From contig OZ241875.1 in assembly GCA_965203325.1 (NCBI GenBank), positions 1,440,001 to 1,504,000 on the forward strand: a stretch of 64,000 nucleotides of DNA, written 5' to 3'. Below are positions 20,548-31,753 of this stretch, piece by piece (within the stretch, counting starts at the first letter, position 1; every line of letters starts with the position of its first letter). Under the pieces are notes generated by a model. The model was not told the DNA's origin, ran no database searches, and saw only the letters and a program-made list of their open reading frames with translations. The position numbers and the translations under genes are program-made. The stretch is from a bacterium (lineage in GTDB: Bacteria; UBA8248).

Positions 20548-21369
20548 TTATTCCCGCGCGTCCGGGCGTCTGGAAAAATAGCTTCTCTTCACCCACATGC
20601 GCACCCTGTGCGGCAACATGCGATATGAAAACCAAAGCGGCAACAGCGCTTGATACGAAAATCCGCCCCCCAAGGCGCGAATCGCCCTGTTTTGCAGCAC
20701 AACCCCATCGAGCACATAGCGAAGCCTGGCGCCTCGCTCGAAGAACTGTCTCGCATGGATTCTTTTCGCCGCCACGGGCACCTCCAAGGACCCGAGCTTC
20801 AACCCATTTTCATACAGTCGAACGTACAGATCCCAATCGAGTTGGGAGACACGGTTCTCGTCGTAGCCTCGGATTTTCTGCATAGCCTCGCTTCTTACGA
20901 ACAACGACGTGTGAACCACGGGATTAAAAAGCATGAGTTTTTTCCTCACGTCGCTCAGCGAAGTCCTTGCCTTTTCCAACCCGAATACGGGCCAATGTGG
21001 AACGTCTTCGGCATGGAAGGCGAACAAGGGAGAAACGACAGCAGAATAATCAGAAAAGCGCTGCATCGCCGCTTTTTGAACTTCAAATCTTCTGGGATGA
21101 GACAAATCGTCGGCGTCATGGCGAGCAATAAATTCACCTCTGCTCTCGCGTACCCCGAGGTTGAGTGCTCTTGCGAGTCCGATTCTTCCCGCTTCTATCA
21201 GGCGAATCCGGGGGTCGCGAAATTGCTTCACGATGTGAATCGTACCGTCCGTGGAACCATCGTCGATGATGATGCACTCAAAATCAGGCTCCGTCTGCGC
21301 GAGTATGCTCTTCACGGCAGCGGCGATGTAGTCCTGAGCATTGTAAGATGTCATCAAAACGCTTATCAC
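20548..21369 (-). CDS. Glycosyltransferase family 2
   Basis: ISVLMTSYN, DDGSTD, RHDADD. Confidence 0.9.
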   Translation of the reverse strand: MISVLMTSYNAQDYIAAAVKSILAQTEPDFECIIIDDGSTDGTIHIVKQFRDPRIRLIEAGRIGLARALNLGVRESRGEFIARHDADDLSHPRRFEVQKAAMQRFSDYSAVVSPLFAFHAEDVPHWPVFGLEKARTSLSDVRKKLMLFNPVVHTSLFVRSEAMQKIRGYDENRVSQLDWDLYVRLYENGLKLGSLEVPVAAKRIHARQFFERGARLRYVLDGVVLQNRAIRALGGGFSYQALLPLWFSYRMLPHRVRMWVKRSYFSRRPDARE

Positions 21370-21390
21370 TTCGAATTCCTTTCCCCTGCA

Positions 21391-23316
21391 TCAAGCCTTC
21401 GCCGAGCGATGGGCGTCCAACACCTCCCGAAACCAAAGTTCCAAAACCGCCAGAAACCATATAAGGGGGTAGGCTAATTTTCCTTCCCTAAATCGAGCGT
21501 ATTGCCTGCGAACCTCTTGGGGCGAGAAAATCCCTCTTCTGCGAAGCGATTCCTCACTCAGAACGTCTTCAAGGATTTCTCGCAAATCCCCCCGCATCCA
21601 CTTCGCCATCGGAAGAGCGAAACCTTGTTTTTTCCTGGTTGAAATCTCAGGGGGGATAACGTCGCGAAGCGAAGCCTCGAGCAATCTCTTCGGGTGCCCC
21701 CATCTTCTCTCCCATCCGGGCGGCAAGCCACAGACGAATTCCACGATATGATGATCGACGAACGGCACTCGCACTTCCAGGGAATGGGCCATGCTCATCG
21801 TGTCGGTATCCCGCAAGGTTCTCCACCCCATGTACACCTGTATTTCGAGTTCGCTCAGAACGCTCCAAGGTCTCTCGCCGATGCGGACCAACGAGTCGAG
21901 CATCGACAAAATATCTTCATCCGCTTTGCGCTCGCGAAAGTGGAACTGAAGTTGCGGGGAATACAAAGCCCTCTTCTCCTCGGGCCACAACAAAAGACGC
22001 GCCAGGGCGTACAATCCCAGAGGCGATTCCACCCATTGCAGCCGACAAAACTTTTCGATGCGCTCCGGAGACATGCCTGGGCCGAAGCGGAGCATCAGCG
22101 AGACAAGAGTCACGAGGGTTTTTCTTGCCGCCAAAGGCAACTTTCCCCATATGGTCGACATCCGCCACCAAGGGGGTATGAGGCGAAACGAGTCGTAGCC
22201 GCCAAAAAGCTCATCCGCCCCGAGGCCGGACAAGGCGACGGTAACGCCATTTTGTTTGGCTATCTGAGATACGAGATAGGTATTGACTCCATCGAAACTG
22301 GGCTGATCCAGGTGGCGTATGATCCGGGGAAGTTCCTCCAGCAATTTCGAGCCTTTGGGCACGAACTCGGTGTGGCGCGTTGGGAAGAATTGCGCGGCCG
22401 TTCTCGCATATCGCCTCTCGTCGTATCCTTCCGGAGCGTCATCGAAACCGACCGAATAGGTCCTTACAGGTTTGTCCGCCTGACGCGACATCAATCCCAC
22501 AATCGCCGAAGAGTCCAAGCCGCCACTCAAAAAAACTCCCAGGGGGACATCGCTTACCTGGTGAAGTTCTACGCTTTCCTGCAGCAGGCCGCGTAGTCGG
22601 GAAAGGATTTCCCCATCGGCGCATCGCGTCGTTCCGGCCATGGGCATCTCCCACCACCGCTCAATGGATGCCTCTCTCTCCGTTATGCGTATCCGGTGCC
22701 CAGGAGGTAAAATCTTTACGCCTTTTAATAGCGTGCGTGGGCCGGGAACAAAGCCCAGGGAAAGGCTGAGGTCGAGAGAGTTCAGGTCGAGTCCGGGGCG
22801 AATAACGCCGCTTCGCACCAACGCCCCCAGTTCCGAGGCGAACGCCCATCCACCCGCAATCGGCGCGTAGTACAAAGGCTTGACGCCAAGCCGGTCACGG
22901 GTCAAAAGCAAAACTTGTCGACCGGCGTCCACGATCGCAAATGCGAACATTCCTCTTAAATAACGAGCGCATTCATCTCCTTCTTCCTCGTAAAGGCGCA
23001 GAAGAACCTCCGTGTCGGATTGCGATCTGAAGACATGGCCGCAACCCTCCAAATGCTCCCTCAATCGTCTGAAATTGTAGATTTCCCCGTTCAGTGCAAC
23101 GCAGATTTTCCCATCTTCACTGATCATGGGTTGTTTCGCCGCCGAACTCGGGTCGATGACGCTCAGACGCCTCACGCCGATGCAGGTCGCGCCGAAACGC
23201 CAAAGCCCCACATCGTCGGGACCACGATGCGTCATCGCATCACACATCCGCGCAACGCCCTCCTCTATCGAGGACGGCGAGAATTCAGTCGAAGTGATTC
23301 CACAAATTCCGCACAT
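21391..23316 (-). CDS. asnB: Second asparagine synthase-like amidotransferase
   Basis: MCGICG at ATG 23316, HRGPDD, NGEIYN, LSGGLDSS. Confidence 0.93.
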   Translation of the reverse strand: MCGICGITSTEFSPSSIEEGVARMCDAMTHRGPDDVGLWRFGATCIGVRRLSVIDPSSAAKQPMISEDGKICVALNGEIYNFRRLREHLEGCGHVFRSQSDTEVLLRLYEEEGDECARYLRGMFAFAIVDAGRQVLLLTRDRLGVKPLYYAPIAGGWAFASELGALVRSGVIRPGLDLNSLDLSLSLGFVPGPRTLLKGVKILPPGHRIRITEREASIERWWEMPMAGTTRCADGEILSRLRGLLQESVELHQVSDVPLGVFLSGGLDSSAIVGLMSRQADKPVRTYSVGFDDAPEGYDERRYARTAAQFFPTRHTEFVPKGSKLLEELPRIIRHLDQPSFDGVNTYLVSQIAKQNGVTVALSGLGADELFGGYDSFRLIPPWWRMSTIWGKLPLAARKTLVTLVSLMLRFGPGMSPERIEKFCRLQWVESPLGLYALARLLLWPEEKRALYSPQLQFHFRERKADEDILSMLDSLVRIGERPWSVLSELEIQVYMGWRTLRDTDTMSMAHSLEVRVPFVDHHIVEFVCGLPPGWERRWGHPKRLLEASLRDVIPPEISTRKKQGFALPMAKWMRGDLREILEDVLSEESLRRRGIFSPQEVRRQYARFREGKLAYPLIWFLAVLELWFREVLDAHRSAKA

Positions 23317-23429
23317 TTTCTTCACCAAGCCATCTTTTTGTCGTTAATTAAAATCCATATCGCCTATCTGACGGCGAGGAACCTCGAACTCGACGAAAAC
23401 CGGTGCACCCCGGAATTTCGTGAGTTGCT

Positions 23430-25193
23430 CTACGACTGCAACTCTACGAATTTCCTGTAACGGCTTTCCGTCCTCATGAGAGCGAGATGGTCTCCCTCCT
23501 CGACGACTCTCCCGTCCTCGAGGACCAGAATCTTGTCCGCATCCCTAATCGTGGAAAGGCGGTGAGCGACGATCAGGATGGTCAATCGCCCGCCGAGATT
23601 CCGCACGGCCTCCTGGATGAGACGCTCGAAGCCGCTATCGAGCGAACTCGTCGCCTCGTCCAGAACCAGTACCCGGGGAGAGCGAACCAAGGCTCTTGCG
23701 AGGGCCAGACGCTGTTTCTGGCCTCCGGACAATTTAAACCCCCGGTTCCCGATTATCGTCCGGTACCCTTCGGGCAACCGGCAGATGAATTCATGCGCAA
23801 AGGCGATTTCGGCGGCTTTTTGCACCTGCGCCTTATCCGCGTTTAAGTTTCCATAGCGGATGTTGTTGTAAACCGAGTCATTGAAGAGATAGGGGTCCTG
23901 TTCCACTACTCCGATCCGACTTCGCCACTGACTTGCGGACACGCCTCTCAAATCCACGTCATCAGCGTAAATGATGCCCTGCGCCGGATCGTGAAGACGC
24001 AGGAAAAGATCGACGAAAGTCGTCTTCCCACTTCCCGAAGAACCCACCAGCGCCGTCGTCGCATCTTTTTCAATCGAAGCGTTTATTCCGCTTAGCGCCT
24101 CGCCCTGCGCGCCCGGATAGGCATACGAGACGTTTTCAAATCGAACTTCTTTTTTCAGGGAACCGACGGAAGCGGCTCCTTTCGGCAAGCATTCCAGGCT
24201 TTTGCCTTCAGCGTATTCGCGAACCCTTGCCAGATGGGGGGCGAATTCGCTAACGATGAGCCAATAGTTGCCTATCAGCTTGAGTTTGGGCAGAACCTGC
24301 AAGAAGATCGCCAAGAACACCGTAAGGGTGAAAAAGGGAATTTCCAGAAACTTGACCGAAACAACCAAACAGAAAACCATCATCAGGAAAACCAACGGTT
24401 CGTAGAAGAACGACGCGACGATTCTGTTGTCCATGATCCGGACCGACACCCGACGATATTCGCTCGCTCGCATCGTGTAATTTTCGATGTGGTGCTCAAG
24501 GTTTCCGAACACTTTCACCGTCTTGATTCCCGAGAAAACGTCGTGAAGATAGGAACTGATGTTTTCCACACCCTGCGATTCTTCCGCTCCTTTCTCATAC
24601 GCCTTTCGAAACCAGGGGAGCAGGAAAATCCAGGAAATCGACGTGAGACCGAGAACCAGAACGCTCAGCGAAAAAGAAACCATCAGATTCAGAATCAGAT
24701 ACAAGACACAGAAGAAAACGGCGTTCGTGATGAGCATCACGTGTTCGAAAACGAAACCGCAATTATTCGCAGAAGTAAATTGAACGGCGAGGAGGTCACC
24801 GACTTTTTTCCGGTAAAAAAACGAGAGTGGGAGCTCCATGAGGTTCCGGAAGATTTTTTCTCTCATGTCGCACGCGATTCTTGCGCTCAGCACCCGCGCA
24901 AAACGCATGGAGAGCGCAACCAAGGCATATTTGACCAGCATGGCGAACGTGAACAGAGCGATGAGATTGACGAGTGAAAACTCAAGACCGACGACGCCGA
25001 ATCCCCATTCGGCGTACACCGTAAGGACGTGGCCCGTTTCGATGCCCTGAATCGACTGGAAGATGGGCATCAACAGACCCAAGCCGACACTCTCGAACAT
25101 CGTCGCCAAAATGAGGATAACCAGATACAAGAACAGGAAATCCTTGTAATCCCGCGCGACGACGAGGATGTCCCTTTGCTTATCGTTCCACAT
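23430..25193 (-). CDS. ABC exporter, fused permease/ATPase (MsbA/PglK-like)
   Basis: N-terminal TM domain, GSSGSGKT, LSGGQKQR, LDEATS. Confidence 0.9.
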   Translation of the reverse strand: MWNDKQRDILVVARDYKDFLFLYLVILILATMFESVGLGLLMPIFQSIQGIETGHVLTVYAEWGFGVVGLEFSLVNLIALFTFAMLVKYALVALSMRFARVLSARIACDMREKIFRNLMELPLSFFYRKKVGDLLAVQFTSANNCGFVFEHVMLITNAVFFCVLYLILNLMVSFSLSVLVLGLTSISWIFLLPWFRKAYEKGAEESQGVENISSYLHDVFSGIKTVKVFGNLEHHIENYTMRASEYRRVSVRIMDNRIVASFFYEPLVFLMMVFCLVVSVKFLEIPFFTLTVFLAIFLQVLPKLKLIGNYWLIVSEFAPHLARVREYAEGKSLECLPKGAASVGSLKKEVRFENVSYAYPGAQGEALSGINASIEKDATTALVGSSGSGKTTFVDLFLRLHDPAQGIIYADDVDLRGVSASQWRSRIGVVEQDPYLFNDSVYNNIRYGNLNADKAQVQKAAEIAFAHEFICRLPEGYRTIIGNRGFKLSGGQKQRLALARALVRSPRVLVLDEATSSLDSGFERLIQEAVRNLGGRLTILIVAHRLSTIRDADKILVLEDGRVVEEGDHLALMRTESRYRKFVELQS

Positions 25194-25393
25194 ACGGCTT
25201 CTTTTGGTTAAGCCGGAAATTACTCGAAAACATGAACGATTTCACTGGCCAAAAACCCCGAACGCATCAAAAGAATCATTCAACGCGCCTTGGGGGTTAC
25301 GCCATGCGTTTCATCGTCCTCGCTCCCGGGCCGGATCGATATTTCCGGAACCTTTGCCTCGTGGCGGGTCTTATTTATCTCGTGGAGTAGCAT

Positions 25394-26800
25394 TTACGGG
25401 TTTTGGACATCAACGAGTTTAGCAGATGGAGCCGACTGCATCCACTCGGCGGCTATTTTCTCCGCCAGCCAGAACTCATATTCGGAATTGATTTTCACGC
25501 TTTCCTCTGGAAGCATCGTGATGTGCCCTATTTTTTCTCCCAGGAATTTCCCGGCCCAAACCGTGTCCACGCGATTCAGGAAAATCGCGCCGTTTTCCTT
25601 GAACAACGCCTTTCTCTCCAGACGCAGCGTTCTCTGGATAGAGCCGTTGACCGGGGTGAGTCCGTTTTTCCCGTGATGATAGAAAAACGAAATATCCTCG
25701 GCTACGGATATCACGGAATCCACGCCGAAAATCGTCATGGTGTCCACGGCCTTGTCGATGTGTCTGCCCCTGCGAAAAGGGGTGTTGATACAACATACGC
25801 AAACAGCGTCGGGGACATACCCCCGCTCCTTCAATGTCCTCAAAACATGAAGTGCCGTATCCCCCACCTTGGCCGTCGATTTCGCCAGCGCTTCGGGTCG
25901 GATGAGGCCGTCTACTCCCTCCAAGCGCTGAGCGTAAGCCAATACCTCTCGATCGTTCGAGGATACGACTATCCTGTCGACGGAGCGCGCTTCCTGGATT
26001 TGCTCCAGGGTTCGCTCCAGTAGCGATTTTCCCATAAGCCGTGTAAAAGGATTTCCAAGCGTGAATCCCGTATCCACGATAACGGGAACGAGCGCCAACA
26101 CTTTCGGTTTGCGGGAGAGGTTCATCTCCTCCACCACCCGTCTTTTGATTTTGCGGCGCGTCTCCATGAGAAGCCCCCGGGATTTCGACAAGTTCTCGCC
26201 GTGTCGTCGATAGTAAAACAAGGGCAAATTCACATTATATGGATGGTGCCGCTCGATAAATTTCAGCCACATCCCGTAGCCGTCCTGACGATCGAACTCC
26301 TCGAAATAACCGCCTATTTCGAGCAGAACTTCCCTGCGAATCATGGTGCACGCGCCATGGGCCGGAAGATCGAGCAAATCGACCTCTTCTCCTATTTTCT
26401 GGCGACGAACGATTTCAGTGATCTCTCCATCCTCGGCCACGTGATAATAATCTGGATACACCAGACCCACCCCGGGCTTCGTGTCCAGAACATGGGAGAG
26501 AACCAAAAGAATGTTCTCGTCCAGGAAATCATCCGCATCCAGCCGCATAAGGTATTCGCCCCTGGCGATGCGCAGGGCGACGTTGTTCGTAAAACTCAAG
26601 CCCCTGTTTTCCTGCTCGAAAATACGAATCTTGGGATGCGTTCCGTAAGACGCGAGTATTTCTGAAGTGTCGTCGGTCGAGCCGTCGTCGATGACGATCA
26701 ACTCCCAGTCGTCCATTGTCTGCTTAAGCACGCTCTGGATCGCAGCGTCGAGAAAACGTCCGTAATTGTGAGCGGGAATGTATACCGTGACTTTAGGCAT
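25394..26800 (-). CDS. GT2 fused to acylneuraminate cytidylyltransferase-like domain
   Basis: N-terminal DDGSTDD/LDADD; C-terminal IVVSSND, RPEALA, TPFR, ENGAIF. Confidence 0.8.
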   Translation of the reverse strand: MPKVTVYIPAHNYGRFLDAAIQSVLKQTMDDWELIVIDDGSTDDTSEILASYGTHPKIRIFEQENRGLSFTNNVALRIARGEYLMRLDADDFLDENILLVLSHVLDTKPGVGLVYPDYYHVAEDGEITEIVRRQKIGEEVDLLDLPAHGACTMIRREVLLEIGGYFEEFDRQDGYGMWLKFIERHHPYNVNLPLFYYRRHGENLSKSRGLLMETRRKIKRRVVEEMNLSRKPKVLALVPVIVDTGFTLGNPFTRLMGKSLLERTLEQIQEARSVDRIVVSSNDREVLAYAQRLEGVDGLIRPEALAKSTAKVGDTALHVLRTLKERGYVPDAVCVCCINTPFRRGRHIDKAVDTMTIFGVDSVISVAEDISFFYHHGKNGLTPVNGSIQRTLRLERKALFKENGAIFLNRVDTVWAGKFLGEKIGHITMLPEESVKINSEYEFWLAEKIAAEWMQSAPSAKLVDVQNP

Positions 26801-26839
26801 GACGAATCAACCCTATTGGCATGAATTCTGCCTCCACGA

Positions 26840-28432
26840 TCACTCCACCATGTCCATCGAGATAGCCTGATCCGCCTGGATGTTCGTTTTCGCCCGTTGG
26901 CCGATCAACGCATCCATCATCCAGCCCGGAAGTCCCTCTGCGGGGCGCTTCATGCCCAACATCGAGGATTCAATGGTCTCTCCGCGCTCGATATTCCGTT
27001 CGGCGACGATGCTGCGTCTTGCGCTGTGTCGCGCGGAGTTTTCCGCTTCGGCGACTCCGAGCGCGCCGTCGCCCAAAACGCTTTCGGCAAGACGAACGGT
27101 TTGTATCATTTTCTTCAAATCTTCCGGGTCCATCGAAAAGAAATGCCCTGAACCGCTCAACTTCCGATCCAGGGTGTAGTGTTTCTCGATAACCTTCGCG
27201 CCCAGGGCCACGCCCAGCGCAGGGATGACCATGTGCGCATCCGGCTCCGTATGGTCGGACAAACCGACGATGATGCCGGGATATCGTTCCTTCAAAGCGC
27301 GGATACGCAAAAGGTTCGCGTCCTCGTTCGCCGCCGGATAACTCAAGGTGCAGGCCATGAGGATGAGTTGGTGGTTGCCCGTTGAAAAAATTGTGGCGAA
27401 CGCACGCTCGATCTCCTCCACCGTCGAACCGCCGGTCGAAAGAATAACGGGCCTGCCGAAACCGGCCACGCACTTGAGCAACCGGCTGTCGGGAAGATCG
27501 CACGAGGCTATCTTGAAGATCGGCGCGCCCAAATCGTTCAGCATCTTGGCGCTTTGGACGTCGAACGGCGTGGAGAACGTGATGATGCCCTTCTCGCGGC
27601 CATGTGCAAAAAGCGCTTCATATTCGGACGCGCCAAAACGATCGAGTTTCCGATAATACTCGATTTGCGGAATCCGCTTTCCCCGCCAGTAGGTCATCGC
27701 CCCTTTGCGCGTCAGACGCTCCGCCTTGTAGGTCTGGAACTTGATCGCATCCGCCCCGGCATCGGCAGCCAAGCCGATCATCTCCTTGGCCGTTTCTAAA
27801 TCACACATGTGATTGCAGGCGGCCTCGGCAATCACGAATGTGGGATGCCTCTCGCCTATCATCTTGTTGCCGACCGAAATTTCCTTCGAATGCGGACTCA
27901 TCTCATGCGCGGCCATGGCGAAGTCGAATGCAGTGTGGATGTTGATGCAATCATCCTGAACGACGGAGGAGTGTAGAGGCGGGTCCACCATTAAGGCTTT
28001 CATACTCATGATGCGAAGCGCCCCGTTGCGCTCCCCGTGGTGGTCCACCGTGCACAAATCGTCGATCCGGTTTTCTTTGACATACTTCAACAGAGTATTC
28101 AGATCGCTTTTTCTGTTCGGATGATCAGGCTGAATTCCAACGAGGAAAGAAATGTTCTCACGACACAATTTCTCCGCGACATCCCGGTAGACTTCGATGA
28201 GCGGCGCCTCACCGCCCAGCTCCGGGCCACGCAAATGAGCCATCGCGCCGTTTCGCCTGGCGATTTCGACGACCTCCATCGAATCGGTTGATACGACGAT
28301 CCTGCCCACGCTCTTGAATCTTCGTGCGTACCGAATCGCGTGCGCCACCAAAGGCAATCCGTCGATTTCCAGCAAATTCTTGTCCACCAAACGACTCGAA
28401 TGACGCTTGGCGGGTATGACGGCGACGATCAC
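26840..28432 (-). CDS. neuB: Cytidylyltransferase-like domain fused to NeuB-family nonulosonate synthase with SAF domain
   Basis: IPAKRHSSRLVDKN; IAEAACNH, KFQTY, STPFD, KIASCD, GLSDHT, IEKHYTLD, RRSIVA. Confidence 0.88.
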   Translation of the reverse strand: MIVAVIPAKRHSSRLVDKNLLEIDGLPLVAHAIRYARRFKSVGRIVVSTDSMEVVEIARRNGAMAHLRGPELGGEAPLIEVYRDVAEKLCRENISFLVGIQPDHPNRKSDLNTLLKYVKENRIDDLCTVDHHGERNGALRIMSMKALMVDPPLHSSVVQDDCINIHTAFDFAMAAHEMSPHSKEISVGNKMIGERHPTFVIAEAACNHMCDLETAKEMIGLAADAGADAIKFQTYKAERLTRKGAMTYWRGKRIPQIEYYRKLDRFGASEYEALFAHGREKGIITFSTPFDVQSAKMLNDLGAPIFKIASCDLPDSRLLKCVAGFGRPVILSTGGSTVEEIERAFATIFSTGNHQLILMACTLSYPAANEDANLLRIRALKERYPGIIVGLSDHTEPDAHMVIPALGVALGAKVIEKHYTLDRKLSGSGHFFSMDPEDLKKMIQTVRLAESVLGDGALGVAEAENSARHSARRSIVAERNIERGETIESSMLGMKRPAEGLPGWMMDALIGQRAKTNIQADQAISMDMVE

Positions 28433-29724
28433 CTCCCCTCTCCCTCTGCTTTTATGCGTGAAATCACGGGCATGATTTGTCCCGCCTGTCGAAGCACGAC
28501 TACTTTCGAATCCGGTCTTCTTGATTCCAAGGCGGCATCAATCGCCACCCCTATCGACCCGGCCCAGCCGAATCCCATTCGCTCCGCCTCCTCGCGACCA
28601 ATGTGAGGAGAAACCAAGATACCCCTCACGCGCTTGGAAATGATTCTGCCGATGGCAACCAGCGTATAGGCCAGGAGTTTTTCACGAAATTCACCAGCTT
28701 CGACCTTGCGATAAAGCGTGTCAGGGTCTTTGAATCCATAACGTTCAAAACTGGGGAATTGCGGAGAGATGCCTTCCCGGCAATCCGCGGCCAGGATGAT
28801 CACCCCGCCGTCGCGGCAGACGATGTCCGCCGCGCACACGGCCTTGATGGCCTGACGCAGATCGACGTCGGCCGGATAGGCTTCCGCGACGACAACTTCC
28901 GCCTTGGCGAGAACTGCTGCGCCGTATAGCTTCAGGCATCTCTCACAGCCCGCCTCGTGCGCCAACTCCACGTCCCCTGCAACGGCGTCATAAATTCTTT
29001 TCTCATCCATCATGATCGTGTTGACGATGAAGCGCAGCCCGGCCCGACGCGCAATGTGAACGAACGCTTCTCTCACCTTGTTGTCGAAGTTGCCGAGAAT
29101 TTCGCTCATCTCATAATCCAGGGCAGCCCAATGGGTCGCCGCTATCGTGGCTTCGCCGCAAATGCCGGGCATCACGCTCTTCGCCCCGCCGGAAAACCCC
29201 GCCGTCGCATGAGGGATGATGCTGCCGACGGATATGAGGAGATCCGCCTCCAAGATTTCCCTGTTCATCAGCACTTCGAACCCCAGTTCACTCTGTCCCA
29301 AAGAAGTCAGCTTTACGGGGTTTTTCCATTCATGGTTGATAATCTGGAATCGCGACGTCAGTTCATCACCGAACTTGCGCCGTATTTCCTCATCCGACAT
29401 GGCGCGGTGCGTGCCCAAACCGATGAGAATGCGGACCGAGGAATCGGAGACGCCCGCATCGGCGAGTTCCTCCAGAATGGGAGGAAGCACGCGATGCAAT
29501 GGGGTATGGCGCGTATTATCATCAGTAACGATCAATACCTTCTCCGCGGCTTTGGAAATTTCTCGAAGAAGAGGAGAACCGATCGGGTTTCGAATCCGTT
29601 CCCTGAGAGCTTCATCATCAAGGCCTATGTCTTTAGGCAGAGAGGGGCCATAGACGCCTATCAGCCGCCCTTTTTCGACTTTGAAATCGCCGAATATCTC
29701 TCCCGCCAATGATATTCTGGCCAT
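28429..29724 (-). CDS. LarA-family nickel-pincer racemase/epimerase
   Basis: NPIGSP, DDNTRHTP, GLGTHR, PHATAGFSGGAKS. Confidence 0.88.
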   Translation of the reverse strand: MARISLAGEIFGDFKVEKGRLIGVYGPSLPKDIGLDDEALRERIRNPIGSPLLREISKAAEKVLIVTDDNTRHTPLHRVLPPILEELADAGVSDSSVRILIGLGTHRAMSDEEIRRKFGDELTSRFQIINHEWKNPVKLTSLGQSELGFEVLMNREILEADLLISVGSIIPHATAGFSGGAKSVMPGICGEATIAATHWAALDYEMSEILGNFDNKVREAFVHIARRAGLRFIVNTIMMDEKRIYDAVAGDVELAHEAGCERCLKLYGAAVLAKAEVVVAEAYPADVDLRQAIKAVCAADIVCRDGGVIILAADCREGISPQFPSFERYGFKDPDTLYRKVEAGEFREKLLAYTLVAIGRIISKRVRGILVSPHIGREEAERMGFGWAGSIGVAIDAALESRRPDSKVVVLRQAGQIMPVISRIKAEGEGR

Positions 29725-29727
29725 CAA

Positions 29728-31610
29728 TTAGCCTCCGCCTCTTCGGTTCGCCACAATTCGGAATCGGGGGATGAGAAAATTTCCACCCATTCCGCACGCC
29801 AATTCCTGCTGCTCCTGTAGTAGCGATGCGTAAACTCGGCGACGGCTTCCCGTGTGCGGCCATCCTCCCACCACGAATCCATGTCGGGCCAGATGGCGTT
29901 CAGGTGTCTCGCCGCGCCTTCGCCGGATGAATGATGAACATTCACACTTGAGAGTTTTCGGAAGTAGGGTTTCACATGATTCGAAACTCGCCAGGCGTTT
30001 TGATGGCCAAAGAAGAGGGTCGGAATGCCCACCGCCATCGTAAAGGCAGCGGTCGTGCCCGGACGGTCGAGAACGCAAACGCCGCAGTTCGACAACGCAG
30101 ACGAAAGCCTGCTCGGCATGTATCGCGCTAATTTCCCGTGAAGTATTTTTACGTCGGGATATCGCGATTCGATGTAGGCTTGGTCATAACGATTGTTCCG
30201 CCTACGCATATACGGCCTGTACCACAAGGCGGTTCGAGGAATGTCGCCTAAGTGTTCGATGAAACTCGCCTTCTCCCGCATGTAGCGCGCGATGTCTTCG
30301 GGAAGACAGTCCGCCGCCAGCCATTTGAGATAGGGAGTGAGTTCGGAACTGACCAGAATGATGGATGAGCCCCGCTTCTTGCTCCGCCTCATCTTTGAAA
30401 GAAAAGGGGAGGCCGCCTGCACGGCGCTTACCCGATAGTCGGATTGGCGCTTCCATCCCCACGATAGGAACCGATCGGCCGTCTCATACTCCGTAAGTTG
30501 ATGCCCGGGTGCAGATTCGACGATGCCGTAGTTCCCTCCGTGTTGATTGATTATCAGCCTTACAGGGCGATTTTCGAGAAGAGCGGCCACGTAAAAGTTC
30601 GACTGATCGTCATTGCCCAGATGGCCATAGGCAATGGTGTCCGTCCAGGGCACCGTCGCCTTCACCTTGAGCAGGGCTTTTTCCTCGTTTTTCAAATAAT
30701 GCTCCGTGAATACCCTCGGCATCGTCTCCGAAACGAGTTCATCCAAAACGCTCAGGAAAATCCTGGCCTCCTCGGTCGCGATGTGTTGAATCGATTGGAG
30801 TTCTCCAACCACGTCTTCCCTGGTGAGGTGCGCATTTCCCGTCTCAGGCGTCTTCTGAAACGCTCTCGCGGCCTCCCTCCAGCGTCTTCTGCCTCGAAAC
30901 ACCATGCGCAAGGATATATAAGCGGCATCCAGCGGACTTAAGCCGTGCACTTTATGAAACTGCACGTATCCCAGGTTTGAGGAGAGGATGCTGGCCCAGC
31001 GATATACCTCCATTTTTCTTTGCGTTTTCTTGAAAACGGCATGGTTTTCTCCAGGCGGCGCGCCGGATGAGTGGCCTGATGAAAAATACAAATCTTCCGG
31101 GGCCGGCGCGCCCTCCCGGAGCACCCAGCCGTGGGGCCGGAATGCGCGTATGAACCTGCTGAAGATCCGCCGGTTCAGCGGGTCGTCAATTATCATCTGG
31201 TTGAAATGATGTGTCGTTATAGCCGAGAGGACCTCATCACGCGGCGTGAGATACACCAGATACCGAACTCTGCTCCTGATTCGATTTCTTACACGCAAAA
31301 ACCGCTCGAATGCGCACATAACCAAATTGACGAGCCACGGCATGAGCAATATGCGCCAGTAACGATTCGAATAGGAACGTCCGTGCCTTTCGTTTTGCCG
31401 GGTCCTCAGTCTAGAAAGATAGTATTCACAAACCGTCTCCAGTCTCCTGGAGACGGAGTGAACATCTTCACTTTCGAGTGGCGGTTCGATTCCGTATTTT
31501 CGCCACTCCCACTCGAAAAACTGGGACTCCGAGAGCGACCAGGGCCCCAGATGCTCAGCCAGCCGCTCATGTGGGATGGAATCGATCCTCGTCAGAATGA
31601 GTTGTTTCAT
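29728..31610 (-). CDS. LIC12162-family putative transferase
   Basis: YWRILLMPWL, QHGGNYG, FLSWGW, YRPY motifs. Start set at ATG 31610 because the longer ORF runs through tRNA-Glu; first in-frame stop is TAA at 29727-29729, so the 3' boundary is approximate to a few bases. Confidence 0.7.
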
Positions 31611-31753
31611 GCGTCGGGCACTTTTCCTACGCCTCATCGCATACGCATGAGGCGTGAACGGAGTTACGGCGCTGATGGCCGTCCCCCCAAGGCGCGCGTT
31701 GTTACACCCTCGCGCCGCCCGACTTGACGGGAAAGGAATCTGGGTTCTCTGGT

